Shown: piece after piece, positions 9,026 to 18,554 of the stretch
Position numbering within the stretch: the first letter of the stretch is position 1
Layout of the letters: each line of letters begins with the position of its first letter
Source of the DNA: Candidatus Flemingiibacterium sp.
GTDB taxonomy: Bacteria; Bacillota; Clostridia; Oscillospirales; CAG-272
Direction: 5' to 3'
Length of the DNA stretch: 64,000 nt
Assembly (NCBI GenBank): GCA_045578725.1
Contig: JAZNKS010000028.1
Coordinates: 12,955-76,954 of the forward strand
Made by a program: the position numbers and the translations under genes
Notes under the pieces: generated by a model
Database searches by the model: none
Told to the model about the DNA's origin: nothing
The model's input: the letters and a program-made list of their open reading frames with translations, nothing else

Positions 9026-10153
9026 TCAGATGCTCCACCCTTTGTCGGTATGGAAGGTTTCGAAGAATTTGTCGGCAATCACCTTTCCGCCCCGTCCGTC
9101 GGGATGGGCGCCGTAAGGATAGATATTCTTCAGTTCATCGCCGCCTTCGATCGCACCGGCCACATTGTAAATCCGGCAGCCGTGCAGTTCGGCGATCCGC
9201 GGGATGGCCAGATTGAAGGCCCGCCATTCGTATACCGCCTCCTCGCTGTAATCAAAGGGCGGGATGATCGAGAGAATAACCTCACATCCGGCCTTTTTAA
9301 GCGCCTCAACGGTGATTTCAAGATTTCTTACCAGCTCTCCGGCGGTTGCAAAGCGTCCCAGCTGATACGGCCCCCTCAGAAGATCGTTGGTGCCGCAGGT
9401 GACGATGACCACATCGTTCTGCTTTGCCTTCCAGAGCCAGCAGCCGTCCGTTGCCGCATCAGCGCCTCGCGCATAACCAAGCCCCAGATTCCAGACGGCA
9501 TACTCCTCCGCCAGCATCAGGCCGATCCGGCCTGCCCACATTTCATAGGCATTTTTGGTCGTGCCGCAGCCCTGGGTGATCGAATCGCCGATGAAGGCCA
9601 CACGCTTTTTATACGGCCGGTCGCATCCGAAGAGCGCCGGCAGCGGAATGCCGCCCTCGCCGGGATCCGTGAAGCCGTCCCCCCAATCGATGAAGGCAGC
9701 CGCCTGGCTGTCCGGCGTGCAGGGGATTTCATCGCCCTCCAGCTCCCATTCAAAGAAGAGATAGTGCCCCGCCTCCAGCCTGAAGCGGACGGGATCGCTC
9801 CACAAGCGCTCGTCCGGCTCCACCTCGCGGGAAGCCTTGCTGTCAAAGGTGACGGCGCAAACATATTCCGGTTCGGCGGGCACGAGAGTGAGATTCTTTT
9901 CGTCGATCACCGGTCCCTGACCGATGCGGGCGGACAGGATTTTCCAGCTTCCGCCGCTCCGGTTGCGCCATGCGATCTCGCCGTCGGCAAAGGTGGTGTT
10001 GACGCTGTTCATATAGAACAGCCGCCACTCAAATTCGCCGGCCATTTCGGGACGGAGATAGACTCTGGCCCGGAAGCGCTTCGTTTCTCCGAAGCAGAGA
10101 ATGAAATTGGTTCCCGTTCCGAGCGGAACATTGGATACATATTTTCTGAACAT
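9026..10153 (-). CDS. SGNH/GDSL hydrolase-family protein with an N-terminal beta-sandwich-like domain
   Basis: VAFIGDSITQGCG (block I) and GTNDL (block III) lie in the C-terminal half. 375 aa. Confidence 0.75.
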   Translation of the reverse strand: MFRKYVSNVPLGTGTNFILCFGETKRFRARVYLRPEMAGEFEWRLFYMNSVNTTFADGEIAWRNRSGGSWKILSARIGQGPVIDEKNLTLVPAEPEYVCAVTFDSKASREVEPDERLWSDPVRFRLEAGHYLFFEWELEGDEIPCTPDSQAAAFIDWGDGFTDPGEGGIPLPALFGCDRPYKKRVAFIGDSITQGCGTTKNAYEMWAGRIGLMLAEEYAVWNLGLGYARGADAATDGCWLWKAKQNDVVIVTCGTNDLLRGPYQLGRFATAGELVRNLEITVEALKKAGCEVILSIIPPFDYSEEAVYEWRAFNLAIPRIAELHGCRIYNVAGAIEGGDELKNIYPYGAHPDGRGGKVIADKFFETFHTDKGWSI

Positions 10154-10163
10154 AAGCTTCTCC

Positions 10164-11207
10164 TTATCCGATGACAGTCTTCAGCCACCCGGCTTCGGCG
10201 GCATAATCCGCATCGGCGCCGATTTCGGCCAGCAGCTGCTCGGCGGCCGCAAGAAAGCGGCTTTCATCGACCGGAATCTCCCGGCCGACAAAGCGGGCAT
10301 AGTTATCCCAGGTGATCTTATCGATGATCGCCGGATCCAGTTCCAGGCCATGAAGGTTCATCCGATTTCCGTAGCAGGGGATGGTGAATTCACTCCGATC
10401 GTGCGCCAGCGCGCTCCGCACCAGCGTGTTGAGCTCGGTGATCGTTCCCACCGATTTCCGGGTGTTGGAATCGGTGCCAAACAGAATCCGGTCCTGATAG
10501 GCAACGAAGAAATCGTGCCAGCGGTCGATATCCTTTGAGAATCCGAGGTACATCTCGCCGCCGGGGGTGAGGTCGAAATTCACGTTCGGATAGGTTTCCA
10601 TTACGCGGATCGCTTCCTCACGGAAATTGGACAGGAAGCAGAAATGTGCCAGCGTCACGCGGAGCTTTGGGTGCTGATCCAGCAGTTCAAACACCTCATC
10701 ATAAATCGCCTGCTTGGAGAGATAGGTGCCGTCGCCGTAGAACCAACCCGCCTGCTTTACATAGGGGGGAGCCTTGTCCGGATCCCAGAATTCCTCCGGA
10801 TCGCTGACGTGCAGGAGCACCGGGACATCCCGCTCCTCCAGCATCGAAAACATCCGGTCATAGGAGGGATCGTTGAGCCCCTTGCCGACCCGCTTGCGGA
10901 AATCCGGCTTCATGTCGAGGAATTTCATCCCGTCAAAGCCGAGTTCCAGCAGCCGTTCGGCCTGAAGCTCCGGCGCAATGCCGCCGAGCCGGTCAAACTG
11001 ATGCAGGCCGCCGAAGGCACGAAGCTTCAGCCTGTGCGGATGAAGCTTCCAGCGAAGGGCGGACAGATTCTCCAGAATGCCGTATGTGGGCAGGGACATG
11101 ATCGCCGCATCCGTCACACCGCAGTCGGCCAGCGTGTCGAACATCGCCCGGCCGGATGCTTCATCACAGGTGTGCATATGAATGTGCAGATCCGCAAAAC
11201 GCTTCAT
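10164..11207 (-). CDS. amidohydrolase-family (TIM-barrel metal-dependent hydrolase) protein
   Basis: N-terminal ADLHIHMH metal-binding motif. 347 aa. Co-directional with the flanking hydrolase genes. Confidence 0.7.
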   Translation of the reverse strand: MKRFADLHIHMHTCDEASGRAMFDTLADCGVTDAAIMSLPTYGILENLSALRWKLHPHRLKLRAFGGLHQFDRLGGIAPELQAERLLELGFDGMKFLDMKPDFRKRVGKGLNDPSYDRMFSMLEERDVPVLLHVSDPEEFWDPDKAPPYVKQAGWFYGDGTYLSKQAIYDEVFELLDQHPKLRVTLAHFCFLSNFREEAIRVMETYPNVNFDLTPGGEMYLGFSKDIDRWHDFFVAYQDRILFGTDSNTRKSVGTITELNTLVRSALAHDRSEFTIPCYGNRMNLHGLELDPAIIDKITWDNYARFVGREIPVDESRFLAAAEQLLAEIGADADYAAEAGWLKTVIG

Positions 11208-11237
11208 TGCTTCATCCTCCTCGGTTTGTGCCGGGAA

Positions 11238-12164
11238 TCAGGCAAGAAAAATCGGATTGGTCCAGGCCTTCCGGCCTTCCTTATCGGTGATGCTGATGCG
11301 GACATAGCGGTAATCGCCGCACCAATGATTGGACAGCTTGAACTCGGCACGGGTGAGATCACCGCGCACGATCCGGCCGGGATGACCGTCCGAATGCAGA
11401 CAGATCATGGCCGCATTGGAGCATTCGATGACAGCCATGTCGCCGTCCACATAGAAATCGAAGATTTCCGGGCCGCAGGAGGAATAGAAGGCTCCCGCCT
11501 CCAGCGCCTTCAGAATCGAGGGGATGTTATTTTCGGCATTGACGCGAACCCAGCCGTTACAGTGATCGGCCATGCCGTGGCCGTCATCGGAGGCAACACC
11601 CCAGATGCGCTGCCCCTGACCGAGAAGCTCGTCCCAGTACGCGGCATCCTTGTCCTGATTGCAGTTCCGCGCACAGCCGGAATTCCAGATTTCCATAGCA
11701 AAATTGCCCTTCATCTGATCAAAATAACGCGCCGGCGTGCTGCTCCATTCGGGATGGCAGTAAACGGTCAGATTCTTCTTTTCGTGAATCCGGTCAAGAT
11801 ATGCCTGATATTCAAACTGATCCTTCGCCGTGCCGGAGGAGAAAACTTCATCCTGCTCATAGCCGTTGCCGTCAGCCTTTGCGGGGCCGATGCAGACGGT
11901 ATGGAAGGAACGGACAATCCCGTCCGGGCGGATGGCGTTGTCAAACTCCATGCCCGGAAGGATGGTGATATCGGTTTCGGGTGCAAAATTCTCGTAATTG
12001 TATTTCCGGTGATCGGTGATGGCCAGAAAATCATAGCCGTTCTGCTTGTGCAGACGGATAACCTCAGCCGGATCCCCCTGTCCGTCGGAGCGGGTGGTAT
12101 GACAATGAAGGCCGCCCTTCAGAAGCTTTTTGTTTTCACCGGTAAAAGCCTGCTGTCGAATCAT
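11238..12164 (-). CDS. PHP-domain / CehA-McbA-type metallohydrolase
   Basis: GGLHCHTTRSDGQGDP...DFLAITDH is the PHP-domain His/Asp pattern. Confidence 0.75.
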   Translation of the reverse strand: MIRQQAFTGENKKLLKGGLHCHTTRSDGQGDPAEVIRLHKQNGYDFLAITDHRKYNYENFAPETDITILPGMEFDNAIRPDGIVRSFHTVCIGPAKADGNGYEQDEVFSSGTAKDQFEYQAYLDRIHEKKNLTVYCHPEWSSTPARYFDQMKGNFAMEIWNSGCARNCNQDKDAAYWDELLGQGQRIWGVASDDGHGMADHCNGWVRVNAENNIPSILKALEAGAFYSSCGPEIFDFYVDGDMAVIECSNAAMICLHSDGHPGRIVRGDLTRAEFKLSNHWCGDYRYVRISITDKEGRKAWTNPIFLA

Positions 12165-12203
12165 TTTTCTTCCTTTCCGATCGGGTGCAGAAGCCCGGCA
12201 TGA

Positions 12204-13274
12204 TCAGCCAATCTTGACGGTCCAGTTCATCGTATCCGGGAGCTTGCCCCACTGGATACCGGTCAGATTATCGTACAGCTTCTGGGCGATCGAACCGATC
12301 CTGCCCTCGTTGACGGTATAGATTTCGCCGTTGTCGTTCAGCTCGCCGATGGGGGAAATAACAGCCGCGGTGCCGGTACCGAAGGCTTCGTCCAGCTTGC
12401 CTGCCTTCTGCGCCTCCAGAACCTCATCGATGGCCAGACGGCGCTCGGTGACCTTGTAGCCCCAGCTCTTCAAAAGCTCGATGCAGGACATACGGGTAAC
12501 GCCGGGCAGGATCGAGCCGGTTTCGGTGGTGGGCGTGATGACCTCGCCGTCGATGACAAAGAAGACGTTCATGGCGCCGACCTCATCGATATACTTGTGC
12601 TCGATGCCATCCAGCCAGAGAACCTGTGCATAACCCAGCTTCTCGGCCTTCTGCTGACCGATCAGGGATGCTGCGTAGTTGCCGCCGCACTTGGTGAAGC
12701 CGGTGCCGCCCTTGACAGCGCGGACATACTCGGTTTCCACATAGATCTTGACCGGATTGATGCCGGCAGCATAATAAGAGCCGACCGGGGAGAGGATGAT
12801 GGCGAAGATGTAATTCTTGGCAACATGAACGCCCAGATGGGCATCGGTTGCGAAGATAAAGGGACGGATGTACAGCGAGGTACCTTCCTTGACCGGAACC
12901 CAATCCCTGTCTACATTGACCAGCGTCCTGAGCGCGGTGATGCAGTCATCGACATCAACAGCCGGGATGCACATACGCTCATTGGTGCGGTTCATGCGCT
13001 GGAAGTTCTTGTCGGGACGGAAGAGCTGAATCTCGCCGTCGGGCGTGCGGTAAGCCTTCAGACCCTCGAAAATCTCCTGCGCATAGTGAAATACCATAGC
13101 GGCGGGATCAAGCGAAAAATTCTGATAGGGCACGATGCGGGCATCGTACCAGCCCTTGCCCTCGGTGTAGTTCATCATGAACATATGGTCAGTGAAATAG
13201 TTGCCGAATCCCAGCTTATCCCAATCAGGCTTTGCCTTGGGAGCGGTGGTTTTTTCGATACGGATATTGATCAT
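12204..13274 (-). CDS. ilvE: branched-chain amino acid aminotransferase
   Basis: 356 aa. FGNYFTDHMF...YAQEIFEGLKAYR...GGTGFTKCGGNYAASL are classic class-IV IlvE blocks. Confidence 0.9.
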   Translation of the reverse strand: MINIRIEKTTAPKAKPDWDKLGFGNYFTDHMFMMNYTEGKGWYDARIVPYQNFSLDPAAMVFHYAQEIFEGLKAYRTPDGEIQLFRPDKNFQRMNRTNERMCIPAVDVDDCITALRTLVNVDRDWVPVKEGTSLYIRPFIFATDAHLGVHVAKNYIFAIILSPVGSYYAAGINPVKIYVETEYVRAVKGGTGFTKCGGNYAASLIGQQKAEKLGYAQVLWLDGIEHKYIDEVGAMNVFFVIDGEVITPTTETGSILPGVTRMSCIELLKSWGYKVTERRLAIDEVLEAQKAGKLDEAFGTGTAAVISPIGELNDNGEIYTVNEGRIGSIAQKLYDNLTGIQWGKLPDTMNWTVKIG

Positions 13275-13452
13275 TTTCTGATTCCTCCATGGAAATTTTA
13301 TTTACTCTTTATTATACAACTTTTCGGGCCGGATTTCAATAGGGTAAAGCAAAAAAGTTTTCCGCCGACACCATTTTTCTTCACCTGCCTGCATAAAGCC
13401 GGCAGAGGCGGAAAAAATAGAGCTGTAAACCAATCAATTTCGGAGGATTCCT

Positions 13453-14706
13453 ATGAAATCACGATTTTATCCCCTTTCGCTTCTTCTGGTCATCCCTCTG
13501 TTTATCACGGGCGTGAATGCAGCCGGCAAACTCTCCCCCGGCCTTGACCACATCGCCGCCGGCTATCCCATCGCCAAGGCCGGTCTGATCGGCGCACCGA
13601 TCCCCTTCGAAGCCTCGGATTTTGCCGACGCGCTCGGTCTCTCCTCCGTCGGCTCCGTCACCGTTACCTCGCTCCCCGATCCCGAGGACGGCGTGCTGAC
13701 CCTCGGCACCCAGTATGTGAGCGAAGGCCAGACCATACGCGAAAAGAATCTTTCCGCCCTCCGCTTTCTTCCAAAGGAGGGGGCTGCCGGCGCGGATTTC
13801 GGTTTTACGGTCGGAGATGGCGCCTTTGAGCGGCGCTTCCATCTTTACTGCCTGGATGCCGTCAATCAGGCACCGACCTTCAGCCGTGCGGTGAGCACAC
13901 TTGAAGCAAGCTCCGGTGTGATGCGGATCGGCTCGCTCGGTGCAGCAGACCCGGAAAACGATCCCTTTCTCTGCGAGATTGTCCGGAAGCCCCGGAACGG
14001 TATTCTGGTGCTGACCGACCGCGCCTCCGGTTCCTTCACCTATACGCCAACAGAAGGCTTTACAGGAAGGGACAGCTTTGAGGTCCGAGCCGTTGATTGC
14101 TGGGGCGGACGCTCGCCCGTCCTGCGCATGACAATCGATGTGAGCGCACCGCCCGCCCATGCGGTCTTTGCCGATACCGACGGTCATTGGGCCGAGGATG
14201 CCGTCATCACCTGCATCACAGCCGGCATCCTCGATAAAGCTAAGTCGGATGCCGATTGCTTCTATCCCGACCATCCGATCTCGCGGGCGGAATTTCTCTC
14301 GCTCATCATGAATGCCGCCGGCTACACCGGCTTCCGATCCCATGATACCGGCTTTGATGACGATGCCGCTATCCCGGCAAAGTACAAGGGAAGCATCGCC
14401 CTTGCCGAGGCGATGGGCGTAGTAAAGGGTGTTGTGCAGGAGGGTCAGATCAACTTCTGTCCCAACAATCAGATCACCCGTGCGGAGGCTGCCCTCATGA
14501 TCTCCCGACTGACGGGCATAACGGCCTCCGGTGCGGCCCCTGTATTTGCCGGTGAGGAGAGTGTCCCCGCCTGGGCTGCATCCGCCATGACCGGGCTGTA
14601 TGAGGCCGGTATCCTGCGCGGCAACGGACATTCGCTGGATGCTTACGCGCCGCTGACCCGCGGAGCCGCCGCACAGCTTGCCGCTGAAATCACCCGCCTT
14701 TCCTGA
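13453..14706 (+). CDS. S-layer-homology (SLH) domain cell-surface protein with Ig/cadherin-like repeats
   Basis: Signal peptide MKSRFYPLSLLLVIPLFITGVNA. The central region reads ...NGILVLTDRASGSFTYTPTEGFTGRDSFEVRAVD. SLH repeats begin at FADTDGHWAEDAV. Confidence 0.8.
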   Translation: MKSRFYPLSLLLVIPLFITGVNAAGKLSPGLDHIAAGYPIAKAGLIGAPIPFEASDFADALGLSSVGSVTVTSLPDPEDGVLTLGTQYVSEGQTIREKNLSALRFLPKEGAAGADFGFTVGDGAFERRFHLYCLDAVNQAPTFSRAVSTLEASSGVMRIGSLGAADPENDPFLCEIVRKPRNGILVLTDRASGSFTYTPTEGFTGRDSFEVRAVDCWGGRSPVLRMTIDVSAPPAHAVFADTDGHWAEDAVITCITAGILDKAKSDADCFYPDHPISRAEFLSLIMNAAGYTGFRSHDTGFDDDAAIPAKYKGSIALAEAMGVVKGVVQEGQINFCPNNQITRAEAALMISRLTGITASGAAPVFAGEESVPAWAASAMTGLYEAGILRGNGHSLDAYAPLTRGAAAQLAAEITRLS

Positions 14707-14717
14707 TTTTTTGTTTC

Positions 14718-14758
14718 AAAGGCGCTCTGACCGAAGTTTTTTCGGTCAGAGCGCCTTT
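14718..14758 (+). terminator. rho-independent terminator
   Basis: An 18-bp perfect stem aaaggcgctctgaccgaa / ttcggtcagagcgccttt with a 5-nt loop. The 3' arm ends in TTT. Confidence 0.7.
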
Positions 14759-14802
14759 GCTTCGTCCCCATCCTCAAAAAGCACGGAGTTTTTTCCGGAT
14801 TC

Positions 14803-14831
14803 TTGACAAACAACGGAAGTTATGGTATGAT
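14803..14831 (+). promoter_or_regulatory. sigma-A type promoter of the EamA gene
   Basis: TTGACA (14803-14808), 17-nt spacer, TATGAT (14826-14831), with TG extended -10. The TTG of the -35 box is what the ORF track used as a start codon. Confidence 0.5.
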
Positions 14832-14868
14832 TATCTACGTCAATTTCACCCGGGAGGCATCCGATCCG

Positions 14869-15774
14869 ATGAACAAAAAAACGCTCGGCATCATCTATGT
14901 GCTGTTAACCGCTGTGCTGTGGGGCTTTTATCCCGTCTTCACGCGCATTCTCTATGCAAACGGGGTTACCGTTGCACAGGCCGTGTCGGCACGCGCGCTC
15001 ATCACAGGCGGCATCTATCTGATCTGGGGCCTCTGCACCCACACCTTTGGCGGCCTCCGCCCCCGGGATTATCTCTTCTTTGCCTTCTACGGCCTCACCG
15101 CGATTCTGGGAACCTACTCCTTCTACGCGCTGGCCATCCGGTATCTGTCCTCGGCCATGGCCGCCATGCTCCTTTACACCGCGCCGGCCTTCGTCATTCT
15201 CTTTAACCGGATCTTTTACGGCGACAAAATTACCCCCATCAAGCTCACAGCGCTGATTACCACGTTCTTTGGAAGCTGTCTGGTCGTGCGGATCTACGAT
15301 CCTTCCGCGCTTTCACTCAATCTGGTCGGCATCCTGCTCGGTCTGCTGTCCGGCATCAGCTATTCCCTGCTGACCGTCATCGGCCGCAAGGCACTCAAAA
15401 ACGGCTACAAGCCGCTCCAGAATACCTTCCTTCCCACCATCTTCGCCGCCGTCGCCATCGGGTGCGCGGTTCCGCCGTGGACGCTTCCCGTCAGCCCGCC
15501 CCTTGTGATTTTCGCCTTCCTCGGCGCGGCCGTCATCGGAAGCGTGCTCCCCTATTGGCTCTATCAAAAGGGCCTCGCAACCGGACTCGACGGCAGTATC
15601 GCCAGCCTGCTCTGCAATCTGGAGCCGGTCATGTCCACCGTCTTCGGCTGTCTGCTCTTCGCCGATCAGCTGGAAATCCGGCAGATTCTCGGCATTGTGA
15701 TCGTTCTCGCCGGCGCCTCCCTTCCGGAGCTTGCCGGGCACCTTTCGCAAAAGCCCGCGGCTGTTTCAAAATAA
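14869..15774 (+). CDS. EamA/DMT-family transporter
   Basis: MNKKTLGIIYVLLTAVLWGFYPVF starts about ten hydrophobic helices. The ATG at 14869 lies downstream of the promoter and a GGGAGG. Confidence 0.85.
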   Translation: MNKKTLGIIYVLLTAVLWGFYPVFTRILYANGVTVAQAVSARALITGGIYLIWGLCTHTFGGLRPRDYLFFAFYGLTAILGTYSFYALAIRYLSSAMAAMLLYTAPAFVILFNRIFYGDKITPIKLTALITTFFGSCLVVRIYDPSALSLNLVGILLGLLSGISYSLLTVIGRKALKNGYKPLQNTFLPTIFAAVAIGCAVPPWTLPVSPPLVIFAFLGAAVIGSVLPYWLYQKGLATGLDGSIASLLCNLEPVMSTVFGCLLFADQLEIRQILGIVIVLAGASLPELAGHLSQKPAAVSK

Positions 15775-15821
15775 TTAACCGGAGCTGTTCACAGGCAGCT
15801 CCGGTTCTTGTTATGTTTTCT

Positions 15822-16967
15822 TTATTTCACCCGGATCGGGAGGGCCGCACGGACCGTATCGGATCCGTCGCCTGCGGCCGAGAAATCGGCTGCCACGGTA
15901 TATTCACCGGCCGAAATTTCGCCGAGCGCGGCATAGAGATCGGCCATGGTAAGATTCAGCTTGACCGACTTGCCGGCTCCGATCGCTTCCGTCTGATCGC
16001 CCGCCTCAAGATCGGTTACATCCAGCTCGGGCATGAGAACCGTACCGTCGGCGCTGATCAGCCACAGATCAATCCGATCGGCCAGCGCGGCCGGGTCAAG
16101 CTCCGTATCGCCGTTATTTTTCACCGTGACGGTGAAGGCAAAGGGCGCGGCAGGATCCATATCCTTGATGTGGTAGAGCGCCCGCTCGGACTTGATTGTC
16201 ACCTTGAAATCGCCTTCCGTTTTGGAGGCGGATGCGGGCTGGGTCGGCATCCAGAGGCTGTAGAAGAGGGTGACGGTGAGAATCGACACCACCAGCAGAA
16301 CGATCAGCAGAACCAGATGCTTCTTCGTCATCTCGGGGCGCGCCTCCATCTGGCCCTTGGGCAGGATGTGAATCTTCATCAGTACCGGCACCATGATGCC
16401 GAGGAAGAGCACCAGAAGGAAGGCCTCCAGCGGGAAGAGCGCCAGATTCTTGATGACGCGCGGCAGGGTGACGAACTGATAGCTCTTACCATTGCCGAGC
16501 CACTGATAATAGACGTTCATAATCAGCGGATTCATGATGAAGTTGCAGACCAGCGACACAAAGAAGCGGGAGAAGATGATCCGCGTTGTGTTGAGTCGGG
16601 CCCGCCAGAGCATCAGCGCAAAGATCACCGATCCGGCGATCTCAACGAAGACGAACGGGAAGAAATAGGTGCTGAAGCCTTCTGCCGAGAACATAACACC
16701 CAGCGTATCGCTGATGATGGCGGCAATCGCGGCCACCACCGGCCCGAAGATCATCGCGCCAAGCGAATTGACGAAATAGCCGAAGGTGATGTCCAGATCC
16801 TGTCCGACCGGGATGACCACATTTTTCAGGGCCACGCGCAGGGCAATGAGGATCGCGGCCGCGCACAGAATGTGCACATTCTTCAGTTGGGACGCGGCAT
16901 CCCGCCAATAAGCGGGAGAGAAGGGGTTTTTGTAGAGTGTCAGTTCTGAATTCTTATTCAGCTTCAT
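15822..16967 (-). CDS. FolT-like ECF transporter S-component fused to an extra TM helix and a roughly 150-aa extracytoplasmic domain
   Basis: The N-terminal ~215 aa (MKLNKNSELTLYKNPFSPAYWRDAA...) resemble folate-family S components. A THF riboswitch lies upstream. The C-terminus adds one TM helix plus a beta-rich domain. The ATG at 16967 follows AAAGGAGG. Confidence 0.75.
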   Translation of the reverse strand: MKLNKNSELTLYKNPFSPAYWRDAASQLKNVHILCAAAILIALRVALKNVVIPVGQDLDITFGYFVNSLGAMIFGPVVAAIAAIISDTLGVMFSAEGFSTYFFPFVFVEIAGSVIFALMLWRARLNTTRIIFSRFFVSLVCNFIMNPLIMNVYYQWLGNGKSYQFVTLPRVIKNLALFPLEAFLLVLFLGIMVPVLMKIHILPKGQMEARPEMTKKHLVLLIVLLVVSILTVTLFYSLWMPTQPASASKTEGDFKVTIKSERALYHIKDMDPAAPFAFTVTVKNNGDTELDPAALADRIDLWLISADGTVLMPELDVTDLEAGDQTEAIGAGKSVKLNLTMADLYAALGEISAGEYTVAADFSAAGDGSDTVRAALPIRVK

Positions 16968-17039
16968 AAAAAAATACCTCCTTTGCTGACAACATTCCGA
17001 CATTGCCGCATATAGGAGGATACTTCTTCCGTGTATGCA

Positions 17040-17167
17040 ACAGCGGGATGCGACCGGGCCGGCATTTTACCGGCATCTGATACCGCAGGCCTTCCGGGCG
17101 GACAGCCTTTCGTTCCCGTGACAACTCCCCGTTCACAGGACACTTTACGCATCAGGGTCTACTCTGT
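17040..17167 (-). promoter_or_regulatory. THF (tetrahydrofolate) riboswitch, class I
   Basis: The minus-strand RNA is ACAGAGUAGACCCUGAUGCGUAAAGUGUCCUGUGAACGGGGAGUUGUCACGGGAACGAA...GCGGUAUCAG...GCAUCCCGCUGU. Remembered Eubacterium siraeum THF aptamer blocks are reproduced: AGAGUAG, GCGUxAAGUGU, GUGAAxGGG, GUxGUCAC, AACGAA, GCAUCCxGCU. A downstream AUCCUCCU could pair with the AGGAGG RBS. Confidence 0.75.
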
Positions 17168-17335
17168 ACGATGATTCATCGGCCGGATTTTACCGGCAAC
17201 AATATCATACCACTTTTCGGGCCGTTCGTCAAGACTCAATTCACACGAATCTTGGGCCGCGCCCCATTACCGGATGGGTGCTATTTCACAAAGAGAGCCG
17301 GAACCCCGTCTTCCGGGATTCCGGCTCACAAAAAT

Positions 17336-18466
17336 TCACCGTGACATTTCAATCAGATGCGCGGTGCTTGCCATGGCGATATCCAGCCCGCCCATCTCCG
17401 AGGTCGTATAGAGAACATATTTTTCATTTCCGACGAAGCGCGGATGCGGGTCGGGATGATAGGGGGACTGATTTTCGCGCGTGGCCGATGCGGGCAGATA
17501 CGAGGCAATCTCAATCTCCTTATCGTTTTCGGTATTGACAAAACGAACAGATGTCGGGCCGCCGCGCCAGAACTCCTCCTCGGAGGTCTTCTTGGCATCG
17601 TACACCAGATACTTCTCGTCCCGGCTGGCAAAGGCGTGCCAGGCACAGCAGGCATGGACATTGATATGCTCACCGGTTTCCAGATGGATCCGGTGAATGC
17701 CGTTGAAGTTTTCGTAGTAGATCTTTTTGCCGTCCGCCGACCAGAATTCATGCGTTGCAAACTGATTGTGGGGCGGGTAGGTTGTGCGCGTGCCGTCTCT
17801 TGCAATCGTCCAGAGGCGGAGATAATTGCCGTTTTCATCGGAGGGGATCAAATAGCGCTCGCCGGTGAAGAAATCGCTGTAATAATCATAGGCCGCCAGC
17901 GCAAGATCCGGATTGACCGGATTGATCTGACCGTGATTGGTGAAGAAGGGATTGTCGGCCCACTTGGTGAACGTTCCGTTTTCGATGTTGACGGTGCCTG
18001 CATAGGTGGTGCCGTTGCCGACATGGATATCGAGAAAGAATTCCTTTTTGTCGGGGCTGCGGGTCAGATGGGTGGCAAGATTCCGGAGGGTGCCCTCGAC
18101 CGGGATGACCGCAACCAGCTCGGCGCGGCTTCCGGGTGTCGGCGCGTGCTTATAAATCCGGTTCTTGTAGGCAAAATACACCTCACCGGTTTCCACATCC
18201 ACATAGGGCGAGGCATTGTCAAAGACGGTATCCTCAAAGTAATACATTTCGTCCGATTCAAAGTCGATCACGCCAAGAAGACGGATTTGGGCATCAAATA
18301 TCCATACATGGAACCAGAGCCAGCGGCCGTCGCGTGTCATGCAGTCATTGCAGAAATAAAAGCCCTGCTGAAGAGGGGTGATTTTGTGTGTCAGAAGATA
18401 ATGCTCCACACCGGAAACGGGATCGGTGCGTTTTTCAAAGAGCCGTGAGGTTTCGGGGGTTTTCAT
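17336..18466 (-). CDS. oligogalacturonate-lyase-like (PL22-like) beta-propeller protein
   Basis: The N-terminal pattern F.KRTDPVSGVEHYLLT...QQGFYF...MTRDGRWLWF resembles the Ogl family. Start taken at MKTPETS (ATG at 18466). Family call is from memory only. Confidence 0.55.
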   Translation of the reverse strand: MKTPETSRLFEKRTDPVSGVEHYLLTHKITPLQQGFYFCNDCMTRDGRWLWFHVWIFDAQIRLLGVIDFESDEMYYFEDTVFDNASPYVDVETGEVYFAYKNRIYKHAPTPGSRAELVAVIPVEGTLRNLATHLTRSPDKKEFFLDIHVGNGTTYAGTVNIENGTFTKWADNPFFTNHGQINPVNPDLALAAYDYYSDFFTGERYLIPSDENGNYLRLWTIARDGTRTTYPPHNQFATHEFWSADGKKIYYENFNGIHRIHLETGEHINVHACCAWHAFASRDEKYLVYDAKKTSEEEFWRGGPTSVRFVNTENDKEIEIASYLPASATRENQSPYHPDPHPRFVGNEKYVLYTTSEMGGLDIAMASTAHLIEMSR

Positions 18467-18554
18467 GCGGGCAAAAGCTCCTTTCGGTGTTTTCACCATT
18501 ATATACCGGAAATCGGGAAATGTCAAGAGCGGATTCTGACATTTCCCGATTATT

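Noticed and set aside
13275-13452. The ilvE upstream region considered as a T-box leader.
   Set aside because: The region is only about 178 nt, is shared with a divergent gene, and shows no recognisable specifier or T-box (AGGGTGGNACC-like) sequence by eye.
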